Of a DNA stretch of 32,699 bases, positions 12,495 to 25,361 are shown one piece after another; the first letter of the stretch is position 1; every line of letters starts with the position of its first letter. Under the pieces are notes generated by a model. That model worked only from the letters and a program-made list of their open reading frames with translations, made no database searches and was not told the DNA's origin. The stretch lies in NCBI GenBank assembly GCA_000697335.1, contig JNEM01011567.1, positions 1 to 32,699 of the forward strand, written 5' to 3'. The position numbers were made by a program, and so were the translations under genes. Origin of the DNA: Conidiobolus incongruus B7586 (Eukaryota).

Positions 12495-14196
12495 ATGCTA
12501 TTTAATCAAAAATTCATTCAAGATATTACAAAGTTATTATTTAATAATGAATTTAAAGATTTTCCAATAAATAAATTTAAGTATCATAAAGGTATTAATT
12601 ATTAATACTTTTAAATTGAATATAACTAATATTATGTTAGCTATTGTTTTTACAAGATTAAAATGTTTATATTCAAGTGAGGATGAGATATTGAAAAATT
12701 TATCCAAATTACAAGTTCGAGAACTTCCAATTTCAATTGATACTCTAATGCAATACATTTATTTAAACAACACTGTAGCGTTTAGTCGTCATTTAAATTT
12801 TGACAATACTAACTTAATATTGAAAGAAACAGATTTAAGTCTATATAATTTGTTGAAAACAGAATATTTGAGTGATTTTGAATTAAAATTGTATGATTCC
12901 AAAAAATTGGTAAGAAGTTTTCGAGTTCACAAGTGTATCCTATGGTGCAGGGTAGAATATTTTAAGCATTGTTTTAAACCTGAATTCTTGGAGTATACTT
13001 CCACATTTTTGGATTTGGATACGTCGATATTCACTCAAGATACTTTAACCATCATATTGAAATATGTTTATAGTTCGGAGTTGGAATCCTTGAAGGATTA
13101 TTCATTGAGTGATTTGATTAAACTTTGGAAGAGTTTTAACTATTGGCAAATTAGCGAAATTACCAATTATTTGGAGAGTTTTGCAATGGCTGACATGTTT
13201 CACAATCGATGGAAATGTAAATGTAAACGCTGCCAAACCAATGTGTTTTTATTGATTAAATTCTCTTTTAAGCATGGGATTCGGGAGTTATTAATGTCTT
13301 CAATTAACTACTTTTTGAGAAATAGAGATCTAATGATTTGTAGAGAGTTTGTAGAGTTGAATAAGTCCATTTTAGATTTGGTGTTTAAAGAACTGGACAA
13401 TTCGTTGATCATGTCAGATATTTATATTTTGGAGCAATCACTACAACTGTTTTTTATGATTCAAAAGGCTCAGAATAGAGGTCTTTACGCATCTTGGGTT
13501 CAGTCACTTATTAGCAGACTCACACCAATTTACAATCACAGTTTGCAAATAATATATGATCTTATTATCGAATCTCACTCCAATTCTGATATCAGTAAAC
13601 AATTATTTTCGGATCAAACACTCACACATTGGAATCTAGACTTCTTGGAAGAAATCCTAAACTTTATCATTGACTATCTCAAAGAAGACAAAGTCATTAT
13701 CATTTACAAATTCGCCAAGCATCTGCAATCCCTACATATCAATCAATCTATGATCGAAGACAAACTCAATCTCATCGTGAGATACATCCACAATCATTCC
13801 TTCCAAATTTACAGATTGGGAGGCTTTAAAATGCTGTCGCCAGCCATGAAAGAACAATTGTTCGATCAACTTGGAATCAAGGAAGATGAATTGAATTTGA
13901 ACAAGAATGGACGTAAAGTGGTTATTCCCAAGACTCCCACGGTCCCCATCGATCAGTTGGTACCTCCTCGTCACCCACTTCGCAGGAACCAGCGCGTGTA
14001 TCTATTAGATCCTTTTCGATATGGCATTATTCGATACCTTGGTAAATTGCATTTTACGGATGGTGACTGGGTCGGATTAGAACTCTTTATCGGTCAGGGT
14101 AACGGCGACGGCTTACTCAAAGGCAAACGATACTTTTCAACGAAACCGGAGAGGGCTACCTTCGTCAGGAAGGAAAAGATATTGGTCATTAGCTAA
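12495..14196 (+). CDS. Tandem BTB/POZ + C-terminal CAP-Gly domain protein; exons 12495-12591, 12641-14196
   Basis: An upstream ATG exon spliced over a 49-nt GT-AG intron (branch-like ACTAAT) gives YHKAIVFTR (BTB-like 1). SDFELK...FRVHKCILWCRVEYF...ILKYVYS is BTB 2. The C-terminus GIIRYLGKLHFTDGDWVGLEL..GQGNGDG...GKRYF...FVR is CAP-Gly. Confidence 0.82.
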
Positions 14197-14715
14197 AGCC
14201 TAAATCGTTATTGTAATTTATATATATTTTCAGAATTATAAAAATTTGAATAAATTTAATTAATTTAAATTCAATCCATTTATTTATAACTTTAGATTTA
14301 AAAATCTAAGTTTGTAGTTTGAAAAAACTAAAATTGATTCAATTTTAGATAATAAATTATGAGACACAAATTATAATGCGAACTTATGTAATAATATTAA
14401 ATTAATCAAAAATAATAAATTTAAAATACGAAGCTGAACTTATATATTAACTCGTTTAATTTATTTAATAATCTAAAGGAAAAAATAATCAAGTGCAAAG
14501 TTAAGTATAATAAAAAATTATAAAATCAAATCATTGTTATGATGTTTTTGAAAGTTTAAATTAATAAATAATATTGTTAAATATATATATATTAATGCTT
14601 ATATATGTATCAATTGAATTAGATAATATAAAATTCTAATTATGGTAATTTAATTACATTTTATAAAAAAAATTTTAATATAATTAAAATATAAAAAATT
14701 ATAATTTAGTTTAAC

Positions 14716-14784
<69 letters not shown>
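14716..14784 (+). repeat. (AAT)23 microsatellite
   Basis: Perfect trinucleotide run of 69 nt. Confidence 0.97.
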
Positions 14785-15196
14785 TAATGATAAACTTATT
14801 AATGCTTAATAATATAGAAAATTAAAATGAAGAATTAGAAAGATTTCTTAAATAAATATTTACCATTTATCTAAAGAATTAAAGATCGAATTAAGCATTA
14901 GAAATTCAGATGATCACTAGATGAAAATTCGGGAAAAAATTATCCGTTTTAGAGTCTGTAATATTATGAAATACATTAAATAGATATTAAGTGCTCAATA
15001 ATATATTGGTGACTTAAAGTATTGAGATTTAATCAAATGTTAATTTGATTATTAAGGTTCATCAAATTAATTATACTAACCTAAAAAACAAAGAAAATTA
15101 AGATAAACTTAAGAAACTAGTTAACTAAACAAAATAATAACTTGTTTTAATTGTTTGAATTGTTTGTTGAAGATAGAAATGATAGTGTAGAACTTT

Positions 15197-15536
15197 CTAG
15201 TTCTTAGAATCGGATTCGGCAGCCTTTAAAAATTCTTGGATGAATTTTTCTTCATCAGCGGATGAGGCGGGAATCACGGGGGTAGCGGGAGTGGCGGGAG
15301 TCTTGGGACCGCGAGTGGCGGCGTAAATACCTCCTCCGAAGAGACCCAAAGTTCCTAAAGCCAACTAAAAGAGGCATGTCAGTAATCCGTCATCGAATTT
15401 TGAGATATATTAGTATAATGAGTTAGCTCTTCTATAAAGTGACAATCAAATCACCGCCATAGAGAGTTGATAAAAATTGAAAACTTACGTAGTGGGAACC
15501 AATCTTAGCACCGGCGATATTATAGTAAGACACCAT
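15197..15536 (-). CDS. ATP19: Mitochondrial F1Fo ATP synthase subunit k (71 aa); exons 15536-15489, 15364-15197
   Basis: Spliced product MVSYYNIAGAKIGSHY|LALGTLGLFGGGIYAATRGPKTPATPATPVIPASSADEEKFIQEFLKAAESDSKN* fits the fungal subunit k pattern (Y.I.G..(I/V).SH.LA..TLG; ASS.DEEKFI.EFL). Absent from the ORF track. Confidence 0.9.
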
Positions 15537-16766
15537 TTTTTATAATTTGAATTTGTAATTAATTGCAATACTTAGTATTTGATGATTACAGTAATGATGT
15601 GATATATAATGAAATTTATTTATTGATCCAACTGTTTGAAAATTACTTTGGATATTTTTATGGGATTATTTTTATTCTATATAATATAGCAAAGTTTTTA
15701 TTTTGTTAGTAATTTAATCCAATTATTATTAGATTATTAGATTATGATATGAATATTATAATCTACTTATTAGCATATAATAAAATTTTTCACATCACAA
15801 AAACTATAAAATGTATATGAGTATCAAATAGATCAATAAAGTATAATATCATTGTTAAGAAATTTTTTATAAATGAACATAGTGACATAGTCATTCGAAA
15901 TAAATCTAAACACTATTTGAATTTTATTTTATCTACAATGTTTATTAAACCTTAATATTTATATTATAATGAGATATATCAGAACATGTGAATTAATAAA
16001 TTTCAGTTGTATGGATTTTTAAATATAATCTATATCTGATAAAATATAACATCTTTTTAAAAAGGCAAAATATTATTTTAATTAAAGAATATAATAAATT
16101 TTGAATATTATAAAATTTGGAAAATAAAATATTCATCAAATAAGAATTTTTTCATAAAAATCATTTGGAATAATTTGTTCAAATATTATTGAAAATAGCT
16201 AATCTATTTGCAATCTTTATTATATTTTTAAAAAAATAATATTGATATTAGTATGATTTAAAATTGGTAGATTAACCTTACTATTTAATTTTGTAAAAAT
16301 TAATCATTATATATATATATTGAATAACCAAGCTTCAATTTTCATAATACTCAATTCCGTCTCGATTATTTTGAAATGATGATAAATCTTAATGACTAAT
16401 TTATAGGCTTATTCAAATAAAATGATAATTTAGTATTTTTAAATATAAACAAAATGAAAAGTTACCTAAAAAATTGATTATGAAATTAAAATAGTTTATT
16501 AAAAATATATAGCTCTAAATACGAAAAAATTATTTTTGGTCCTTAAATTTCAATAAATAAATTTAGTAACAATACAACAGAATATTTTTAAAATTTTTGA
16601 ATTTGAGTTTTCACTATCATGCTTCATTAAAGTATATCAACTAACAAAAAATCATTATTAAGCAATGTCTTTTCTTTTGATAGCATAGAATATAGATAAG
16701 CATTCAAAATAATTCAAACACTATCATCCAAGTAATTTGGTAAATTTAAAATATTACTGAAGATTA

Positions 16767-18022
16767 TTATATTATAGACATTTGATGCCCAAAGCTTATA
16801 ATAAGGTAATCGGGTACAATTTCAGTTTCTTCAGCTAGCTCAGTTTTATTTATATGATCTATAATGATTACAGATTATCTACATGGCATAAGGTATTATA
16901 ATGAATATTATTACCTGATAACACTAATAAAGAACTCAAACCTCCATTTAATCCAAATTGAATATCTATATCCAGTCTATTCAATATAAATATATTAAAT
17001 ATCATTATTACAAAGAGTACAAATAGTGAATTTCCTATCATCAACCATACAAATTCTGACCAAATTCAAGTCACAGAGCTCCCAAATACTTTCCAAAGCA
17101 CTCAAATTTGGCTTTCCAAACATCGTAGGTCTAAGCTTTGTGAAATGGATCAAAGGAGCGTTGATGAATCCAGTCCCTGGGTAGAATGTACCATTGACAG
17201 AGTCAATAGGATTGTCATTCGTTGCAAAGAAGAATGTGGGGCTCTTGAACGAGGAGTTGGTATTTGTGACAGCATTTGGGATAACTTATGATGTGGACCA
17301 TGTCAATGGCCAGAGCTCCTACGCATGTGATATTAGTTGAATTGGTTGGATGTAGTGTGTGAATTGCTTTACAGCTGAATTTGGACTCAATTTGGCCAAT
17401 GCTTCATCATCAACGGGATGATTATCCTAATCCAATATTATTAAATTCCAAATATCAAAAAATTAAACTCACATCCAAAAAATACTTGATCAATGCCCAA
17501 AGCTATCGACTCTTCCTTAAATCAATCCATACCAATCACAAACACCTTTATATCCCTAAGTAATTTCAGTACATTCTTCAAATAGACTCTAAGTAAATAA
17601 TTGGAACTAAAAAAATCTCCATAAACCAAAATTAATATTTGTCCACACTGATAATCTTCCCATAGCTCGAAATATTGATTCCAATCCCCTTGAACTTCGT
17701 CACATAAGAATTAATTGATTTGATAGCATTATTGTTTACGAATAAGCATTTTTGATTTACTATTAAAATTAATACAATGCTATTATTATTATTATTATTA
17801 TTATTATTGAATATTTGCAAGTATATCTCAACCAATTTTTATAATATCTGGTATTCAATTAATAGGATTGTTACTAGACCATATAACACTTATTTTCTAT
17901 TCATACAAAATATTTTAACAAATTTACTATTCTACCTTCACAATCAAATAAAAACATGTTATACTTATCTAAAAACTATTAATAGTATCTGAATTAGTAA
18001 ATATTTGAGTAATTTTGGTCAT
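16767..18022 (-). pseudogene. Inverted, disrupted third copy of the Pho13-like HAD-IIA phosphatase
   Basis: Starts MTKITQ and is collinear with copies 1 and 2 (FDCEG, YLKNVLKL, HPVDDEALAKL, FYPGTG, GKPNLSALESI, IQFGLNGG, EIVPDY). It has frameshifts (exons 1, 2 and the large cap-domain exon), in-frame TGA stops and mutated splice sites (e.g. the first acceptor AG>AA). Confidence 0.88.
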
Positions 18023-20024
18023 TTTTCAAATTTTTAAACTTCACAAATAAGCTAGAGGATATAATAAATTGAGAGATTTTAATCAATTGTATTTAATTAA
18101 AAAATGATTAGGGGAGTTTTAAATATAAATTTAGTAATCTTTTATATAGATTTTAAATAAAAATTTTAATCTTGTTCAATCTTTAAAAAATTATTGACTA
18201 TAACTTTTAAATGAATAATAATACTAATATCTTTATAGTTTCAACAATATCATATATCTAAACAATTATAGATAATGATACAAGTTATTTTGAATTATGA
18301 TTTAAATATTTATAATAAACTCAATTATTAAATCCAAACCTTAAAATGAATTTTGATAATTCTAGTACTAAATTTAAATATTAGTGTAGAAATTAAGTAA
18401 TGGCACAATTTTAAAATTAAAATTAAACATATAAATTAATAAATAATATATAAAAATTAATAAATAATATAAAATTAATAGCTTCATTTATTATTAAGAA
18501 CTTTTTTTTATACCTTTAATAAGCTTTTAATATTTAAAAAATAGTTTTTTATTAAAGACTGAAATTTAATGTTTTATAAACTAATTTAATTTGTTTATAG
18601 GAATTTTTTTCCTTACAAGCTGTTTTTTTAATTATCTAAAATAATTATAATTATATAAGTTATAATCAAGTAAAGATATTAGATGTAGTAACTCTCTTTA
18701 TTATTTTTTATATAAAAATTTTTTTAGTTTTAACTTTATATATTTTATAATTATTATACAGAATAATAAGTGTTTTTAATTTATATTAAAAACACCATTT
18801 AAAAATTATTTTATTTAAAAAAACTATATATAATTTATTATTAATTGATTTTGCTTAAGGTATTAAATAAAAAAACTATATATTATTGTAATTTATTATA
18901 ATAATTAATATTCACTTATATTTAAAGTACTTGTTTATTAAAATTTATAAAGGGGATTAATTTAATTTAACTTAATATTTTGTTTTATTTTTAAATAAAA
19001 GATTATATAAAAGAATTCAAAATTTATTAATTATAAGTATATATTGTAAAAACCTTTGTTTTTTAATTATATCTTAATAAGTTTAATTTAACTATAGCTA
19101 TTTTAATTCTCTTTTATGTTTTTATTAAATTATATGGTATCTACTTTATATTTTTATTAATTAATTTAAGTTTAAACTTAAGTAAATATAATATACTTGT
19201 ATAATTAATATTAAATTATTTTAATAATTCTTTAACAAAATTAAAAATATATCTCTTAATATATTTTTTTATTTTATTAATAAGTAAAAAAATAACAGTA
19301 AAAATTAATTTTTTAGATTTTAGTAAATTTTAAATAATGTTTTTTCTAACTTTAAAATCATAAATCTAATGATATATAGTAATTTTAGATAAAGCACTAT
19401 TTCTATAAACTATTTGCAAGTTTTAAATGATTTTAAAGGGTTTACAGTTAAGTTTTAAAGATACAAAATTGAAAGCCTTTTGATAATCATAATTTAATTT
19501 AAGTATAATTAAATTTAAGTATAAATTTTGAAATCAAAATATTTTAATAAAAAAATAATTAAAATTGAATATATATATATAGTTTGAAAATATTTATTTT
19601 CCTATATATTTTATATATATATAATCTTTCAAAATGTATAATATGTTTGAAAGATCAGAAATTAAAAAATTTGCCATTTCTTAATTTCTATACTAATATT
19701 AAATTTTGAACATTTATTATTTAGTGAAATTTTTTTTCAAATTTATAAAAATTTAGTTAATTTATATAATAATTAACAGTTGTTAGAGTATTAAATCAAG
19801 TATGATATTTAATAAATAAATTCTAATCATTAGTTTAATTTATTATTCAGATTATTAAAATATTTTAAAATTGAAATCAATAAAATTTATAATCAATAAT
19901 TATTAGATTAAATTATATTAAGAGTTGGGAATATTACAAACAGCTATACAAAAACGTTCAAAATTGGTTAAATTGTAAATTAAAGAAGTTTTAATGATAA
20001 CTAAAATCAATAATATTTTGAAGA

Positions 20025-23000
20025 TTAAATCACTCTCAAGCCAGTGCCGTTAGAGCCGATCTGACTAAGTTGACAGATGGTACAGAGTTGGTCCTGGAAT
20101 TCGGGCAAGTAGGATGCTTTGCAGTAGCCACATTGGACAGAGGGAGATCCCTGGTAGATGGGAACCAAAGATTTGGCACACACCACAAAGGGATTGTACT
20201 GGTCGTAGTTGATGGCCACTTCGTCCCTGGGGGTGCGTTCCGAGACTTGTTGAATTTGTTTGGCTTGCGTCGAGAGCTTAGGATTGGGTCCCAATTCGAG
20301 TAGTCGGCGGGAGAATAAGGAGGCTGTGACGAAGTTCTTATTCTTGAAGTTGAGAGTCATGGCTAAGTTGATTGTGATGATGGAGTGCTTGGGATCGAGT
20401 TGACAATGTGTGAAGTAAGCGGCAAGCTCGAGAGCGCGCTTGAGTCCTTCAGGGTCGGAGGTGGATGTTTCACGGCGGGCTCTGTCAATGCTCAAACCAA
20501 GAATATATTCTCTACAAATTTCAATCATTTGTTGGACTTCTTCAGCATCGGAACTGTTTTCAGCTACCAAGAGAGGAATAGAATGAAGTAGATTTAAGAA
20601 AGTTTCAGTGGCTTCAACGGGTTTGTTGGCGTTGAAGAGACGGTAACCTTCTTTGAGTTTAGCTAGAAGGGCTTGGAAGTTGTTGACATTGATTGGGCGC
20701 ATTTGGGATCTGCTAGTTTCTTCGGGATTGCGACGAAGTGGGAAAGTTTGAGATGGAAGAGATGAGTTAGATATTAAGTAGGATTGAGAGGCTTGGTATA
20801 AGCTTAAGAACAAAGGTTTTAAAGGTGCAAAGTTAACGACACCAATCTGACGATTCAAAAGTTGCATAGCAGTTTCGAAAGAGCCAGCGGTAACATGATC
20901 AGCAGGGAGAGGAGAATTACGAGCCCAAATTTCGAGAGGGTTGGCTTCGCTGCTAGGCATTGTGAATCCGGTGCTTTGGAGACCACTGACGAGTTCACGA
21001 CCAATATCTTCATCAATTTGAAGTTCGGGATCCATACCCCAACCTCCAGCATCTTCTTCATCTTCTTCATCCTCTTCATCACCATAAAGGTTGTCTTCGG
21101 CATCAAATGTACCAGATCCAATATTGACATCATCAAGAGCATCCTCACCATCACCCCAAGCACCAGTGGCATCTTCGCCGTCTTCATCGTCATCAAATTG
21201 AGTGTGCTTAGTGTTACTGGCTTCGTAAGAGGCAAAGAATCTATCAAAGACGCTCTTGGATACGTTAAGTAAGGGCCAATTATCGTGAGGTTCGCTTGAA
21301 ATAGGAGCAAGAGGCTTCAAGGGGCCTGAGGTAGTAGGGAGTTTGGCCAAAACTTCGGGAGAGATTTCACAAGCTTCAGCAATAGCTTGAGCTTCATCAT
21401 CTAAGCCATGGTTCTTAGCAGTTAAATAAGCCAAAACATCTAAATCAATGAATTAATGTTTAAAAATAGTGAACTGAAAATAATAGGTGTTACATTTTCC
21501 AGAAGCCTTCAACACCTTAATCTGTTCTGTAGCATTATCAATCAAAAGAGAGGTTTGGTAAAGGGAGGCGTAGTCACCACGTAAATCAGCAATTTTTTGC
21601 ATCTTCTTAACTTTTTCAAGATCACCAGTAATGAAGTATAAGAAAGTTAATTTATCCAAATTCTTAACACGTTGGTGGCACACTTCAACAACCTATATAA
21701 AAATAGTGTTATATAATTGGTATTAAAGGAGAAAATATTAATAATTACCTGGACATTACCATGGTCAAGAGCGTGAGCAGCTAACTTAATCCAACAGCCA
21801 TCATCATTCAATTCTTTAGCTGAGCCCAAAGCAGCTTCAATATTACCACATTCTAAAGCCAATTCAAAGCGGGTACGTTCATCCTTAATGAAATGGAGAG
21901 CAATTTCAGAGTATCCCTTTTTGCGCAAGTAAGCAATAATAGATTGTCCAACCAGGTTGGAGTGCTTGATGGCGTGAAGAACTTTATCATATTCATGATT
22001 AATAAGAGCAAGTTTGAACTTATATTCAGCAGGATCGATGGGTAAAATTTGGGGCTGGGCTTCACGGTCAAGGTAATGAACTTTGGTGCCTTGAACTCTA
22101 GTAAGGTAGATGGGTTGATCCAAAGTACAGATAATGCCGGAATCGCCTTGAGGCAAGACGTATTTAAGGTGATTCAGAGTAGTGAATAAAAATACACCTA
22201 CAGGATCCCAAGCACCTCCCTTGACACGAATAGTTTCGTGAATTTGACATAACTGAGTTAAATTCTTAGTGGCCAAAGTAACCAAGTGCTTACTTAATAA
22301 AGCGACATTGTTGCCATCAGGAGACCAAACAGCATATTTGACATTGGAAACATTAATGGTAGCAATATCTTTGCGTTGTTGAACATCGAATAAAGTTACT
22401 TGACTGGGAGATACGAGGAGCAAATTACCACCAGGAGCTGACAGGATATCTGTGACAAGATTGGGAAGTTTAATTTGCTTAACAGGTTTTGAATCTAAAT
22501 CTTTAATTTCTAATTGTTGAGATTCAACATCTAAAACGGCAAATCTATTTCTACCAGTGAAAAGAGCAGCATTTCCTGAACCCTTGATAGCTGTTCCAGG
22601 TTCATCAGAGCGGTTGTTGTTGCGGTAAAGCTCAAAGGTGCCACCAGAATCAGATTGGAAAGTCAATAAAGTGGTATTGTCAACAGGGTTGAAGGATAAG
22701 GTTCTAGGAAGCTGAGAATAAGCGCCACCTTGACGACGAATAGTGATGAGGGGATTATCACTCTTAGCACCAAAATCTTGAATTCTAACATGATTTTGGC
22801 GGACATACAAGAGAACATTTTGAGAAGGACTGAGAGCCATAGCAGGTCTTTCTCTATCTAATTTGAAGATAACTAAACCGGAATCATGACCAGCTGCAAA
22901 AAGATTGAGTTCAGGATGAGCAGCAAGTACCCAGAATCGATCGCTTTCTCTGCGGAAAGTTTGGATCAAGGTACGCTTGGACATATCCCAAACGCGGATA

Positions 23001-23980
23001 GTTTTATCTTCACTGTTTGATAACATTAATTCGTGTCTGGGATGGAATAAAACACAGGAAACATTGTTATAATGCCCACGGCAGGTATCGACTTCCCAAG
23101 CCTTGTTGTCATTCATTCTCCAAACCTTAACTTGACGATCATCACCACCAGATATGAGGAGAGGTAAAGTAGGATGAAAATCAACCCAATTGATACCCTT
23201 AGTGTGACCTTCTAATATAAATTTGACGGAAACATCAGTGTTACCGAACACATCAGCAGAGGGAGCAAGAGATCTGAGTGCCTCTTCCTCGGTGTTTCTA
23301 GGAGTATAGGAATAATTCTTCTTTCTGAGTTCAGAAATATCCCAAACACGAATAGTAAGATCTAAACAAGCTGAAGCGACCAAATCTTCAGTGGGGTGGA
23401 ATCTAGCACACATAACATAGTGATTATGACCGGTTAATACTGAGATACAGTTACGAGATTGCCAATTCCAAATTCTGATTGTTTGATCATCAGAAGCACT
23501 CATAATCCAAGGATATTCGTGATGGAAGACTACGGTACGAATATAATCGACGTGACCTGTAAGGGTAAATAAACAGCGACGAGTTTTGATGTTCCAAACC
23601 TTAATTTTTCTATCATCACCTCCGGATACAAAAATATCTTGAGTGGGATGGAAAGCAATACCACGAACAGGACCTGGTTAAATATATAATAATAAATATA
23701 AGGGGTTTGATATAAAATATTAAATTCATCATCTACCTTCATGCTCATCAAAACGTTCTAAAAGGGTACCCATTCTATAATCCCAAAGTTGGATAGAACC
23801 ATTATGAAGGGATGAAAGTACCCAAGGTCTCTTAGGATGAAAAGCAATACCCTTGACGCGATTGCTTTTCGATTCAAACTAATAAAAAATACTGAGTTAA
23901 TATAAGTCGATAAATATAGTATATAAAAATGATAATTAAAAGGATATTGATTAAGTACTAACCTTCGTTAACATCTTCAT
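20025..23980 (-). CDS. COP1: Coatomer subunit alpha (alpha-COP); exons 23980-23963, 23878-23737, 23673-21749, 21692-21494, 21439-20025
   Basis: N-terminus [27 protein letters not shown]40 repeats ([16 protein letters not shown]), [24 protein letters not shown] and the C-terminal Cys cluster CGYC...[10 protein letters not shown]. Four GT-AG introns join the ORF-track pieces in frame. Confidence 0.97.
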
Positions 23981-24447
23981 CTTGAAAAATTAAAATGAAT
24001 AAGATAAATGAAATGTAGAATCAGTTGGAGAGATTGATAAAATGTTATTTATTAATTGATTATAAAAATAAAACACTATTAATAATTGAATCCAATACTA
24101 ATATATATTTTGATTTTATAGGTTGATTGTTGATTGATCTTTGAATATTTAAAGAAACATTCAATCAAATAATTAAATTAAAAGCTACAAATGTGATTGA
24201 TGATGAATTATAACTTGTGAATTAGACTATAGTAATGATTTTGTGATGTCAATGGATGAATCTGATTTGGTAATTGGATTCATTTAGCAAATGGTTAATA
24301 ATTTCGTGGTCATTGAATATATTGAAAATAGATGACATAGTCCAAATCTATCTATTTAATCCCATAAAACTGACTGCTGTTTTGAAATTAAAATATGAAT
24401 TGCTTATATGATAAACATCATATCATCAATTGAAAATCATCACAATA

Positions 24448-25361
24448 ATGAACAATCAAGGTTATCCACCTCCAAGCTCTGGTTATCAACAAGGTCATCC
24501 TCCTCCACCAAACTCTGGATACCAACAAGGCTATCAACAGGGATACCAACAAGGATACAACCAACCTCCCCCTCAATCCCCAAGCCAGGCCAATCCATAT
24601 CAAAGTAATCCTACTTCTAGCAACAATGGTAAAACTATTCACCTTATCTTTTCATTATTTTAATAGCCCTTTAATTTACAGATATGCAACTTATGTCCTT
24701 TTTCAGAATGGTCGACACGTAATTATAATAACTTATTTCAATAATATTCAATAAATTTATTATTTAATATAGTGATGGAAGTGGTCAAATTTCTGCCGTC
24801 GAATTACAACGTGCTCTAATTAACGGCGATTGGACTCCATTCAGTATTGAAACCGTATGTCTTCTAATAGATCTCTTCGACCGCGATTTCTCAGGTACAC
24901 TGGATTTCAACGAATTTCGCGGAGTATGGGGTTATTTGGAACAATGGCGTCAACTATTCTTCCAATTTGATAGGGATAGATCCGGATTTTTGGATCAGCA
25001 GGAACTTGGTCAAGCTTTAAGAGCTTTTGGTTTCCCTGTCAAGGATCAGTTTATTAGTAATTTGGTTAGAAAATTCAACAAACATGGTATGTTTTTTGAA
25101 TTATGAATATTTATAAGTTAATTTAACTTTTATTGTAGCAAGTCGCATTACCGGTCGTCCCATTACTCAACATATCAATTTTGATACTTTTATCAGGTGC
25201 TGCGTTGAAGTCAAACTTGCTAACGATCGCTTCAGAGCTAACGACCCTCAAAATAAGGGCACCGTTACCTTAACTTATGACCAGGTAAATACACCATTGA
25301 TCCCAAAAATTCTATCATCTAATATATTTTATAGTTTATGGATATTGTAGCTAATAAATAA
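24448..25361 (+). CDS. PEF1: Penta-EF-hand calcium-binding protein (Pef1/peflin/ALG-2 family); 5 exons
   Basis: G/Y/P/Q-rich N-terminus, then FRMVDTDGSGQISAVELQRALING, LFDRDFSGTLDFNEF, FDRDRSGFLDQQELGQAL, INFDTFIRCC and GTVTLTYDQFM. Four GT-AG introns. Confidence 0.92.

Noticed and set aside
14790..15110. Coding-like fragments after the microsatellite (NEELERFLK*, LSKELKIELSIR)
   Set aside because: Many stops and no identifiable family; cannot be supported without a search.
17632..17992. Poly-Asn and poly-Leu ORFs
   Set aside because: Artefacts of an (AAT)n tract in an intron of the PHO13 pseudogene.
20070..22071. Antisense and alternate-frame ORFs within COP1
   Set aside because: Shadows of a conserved coding sequence.
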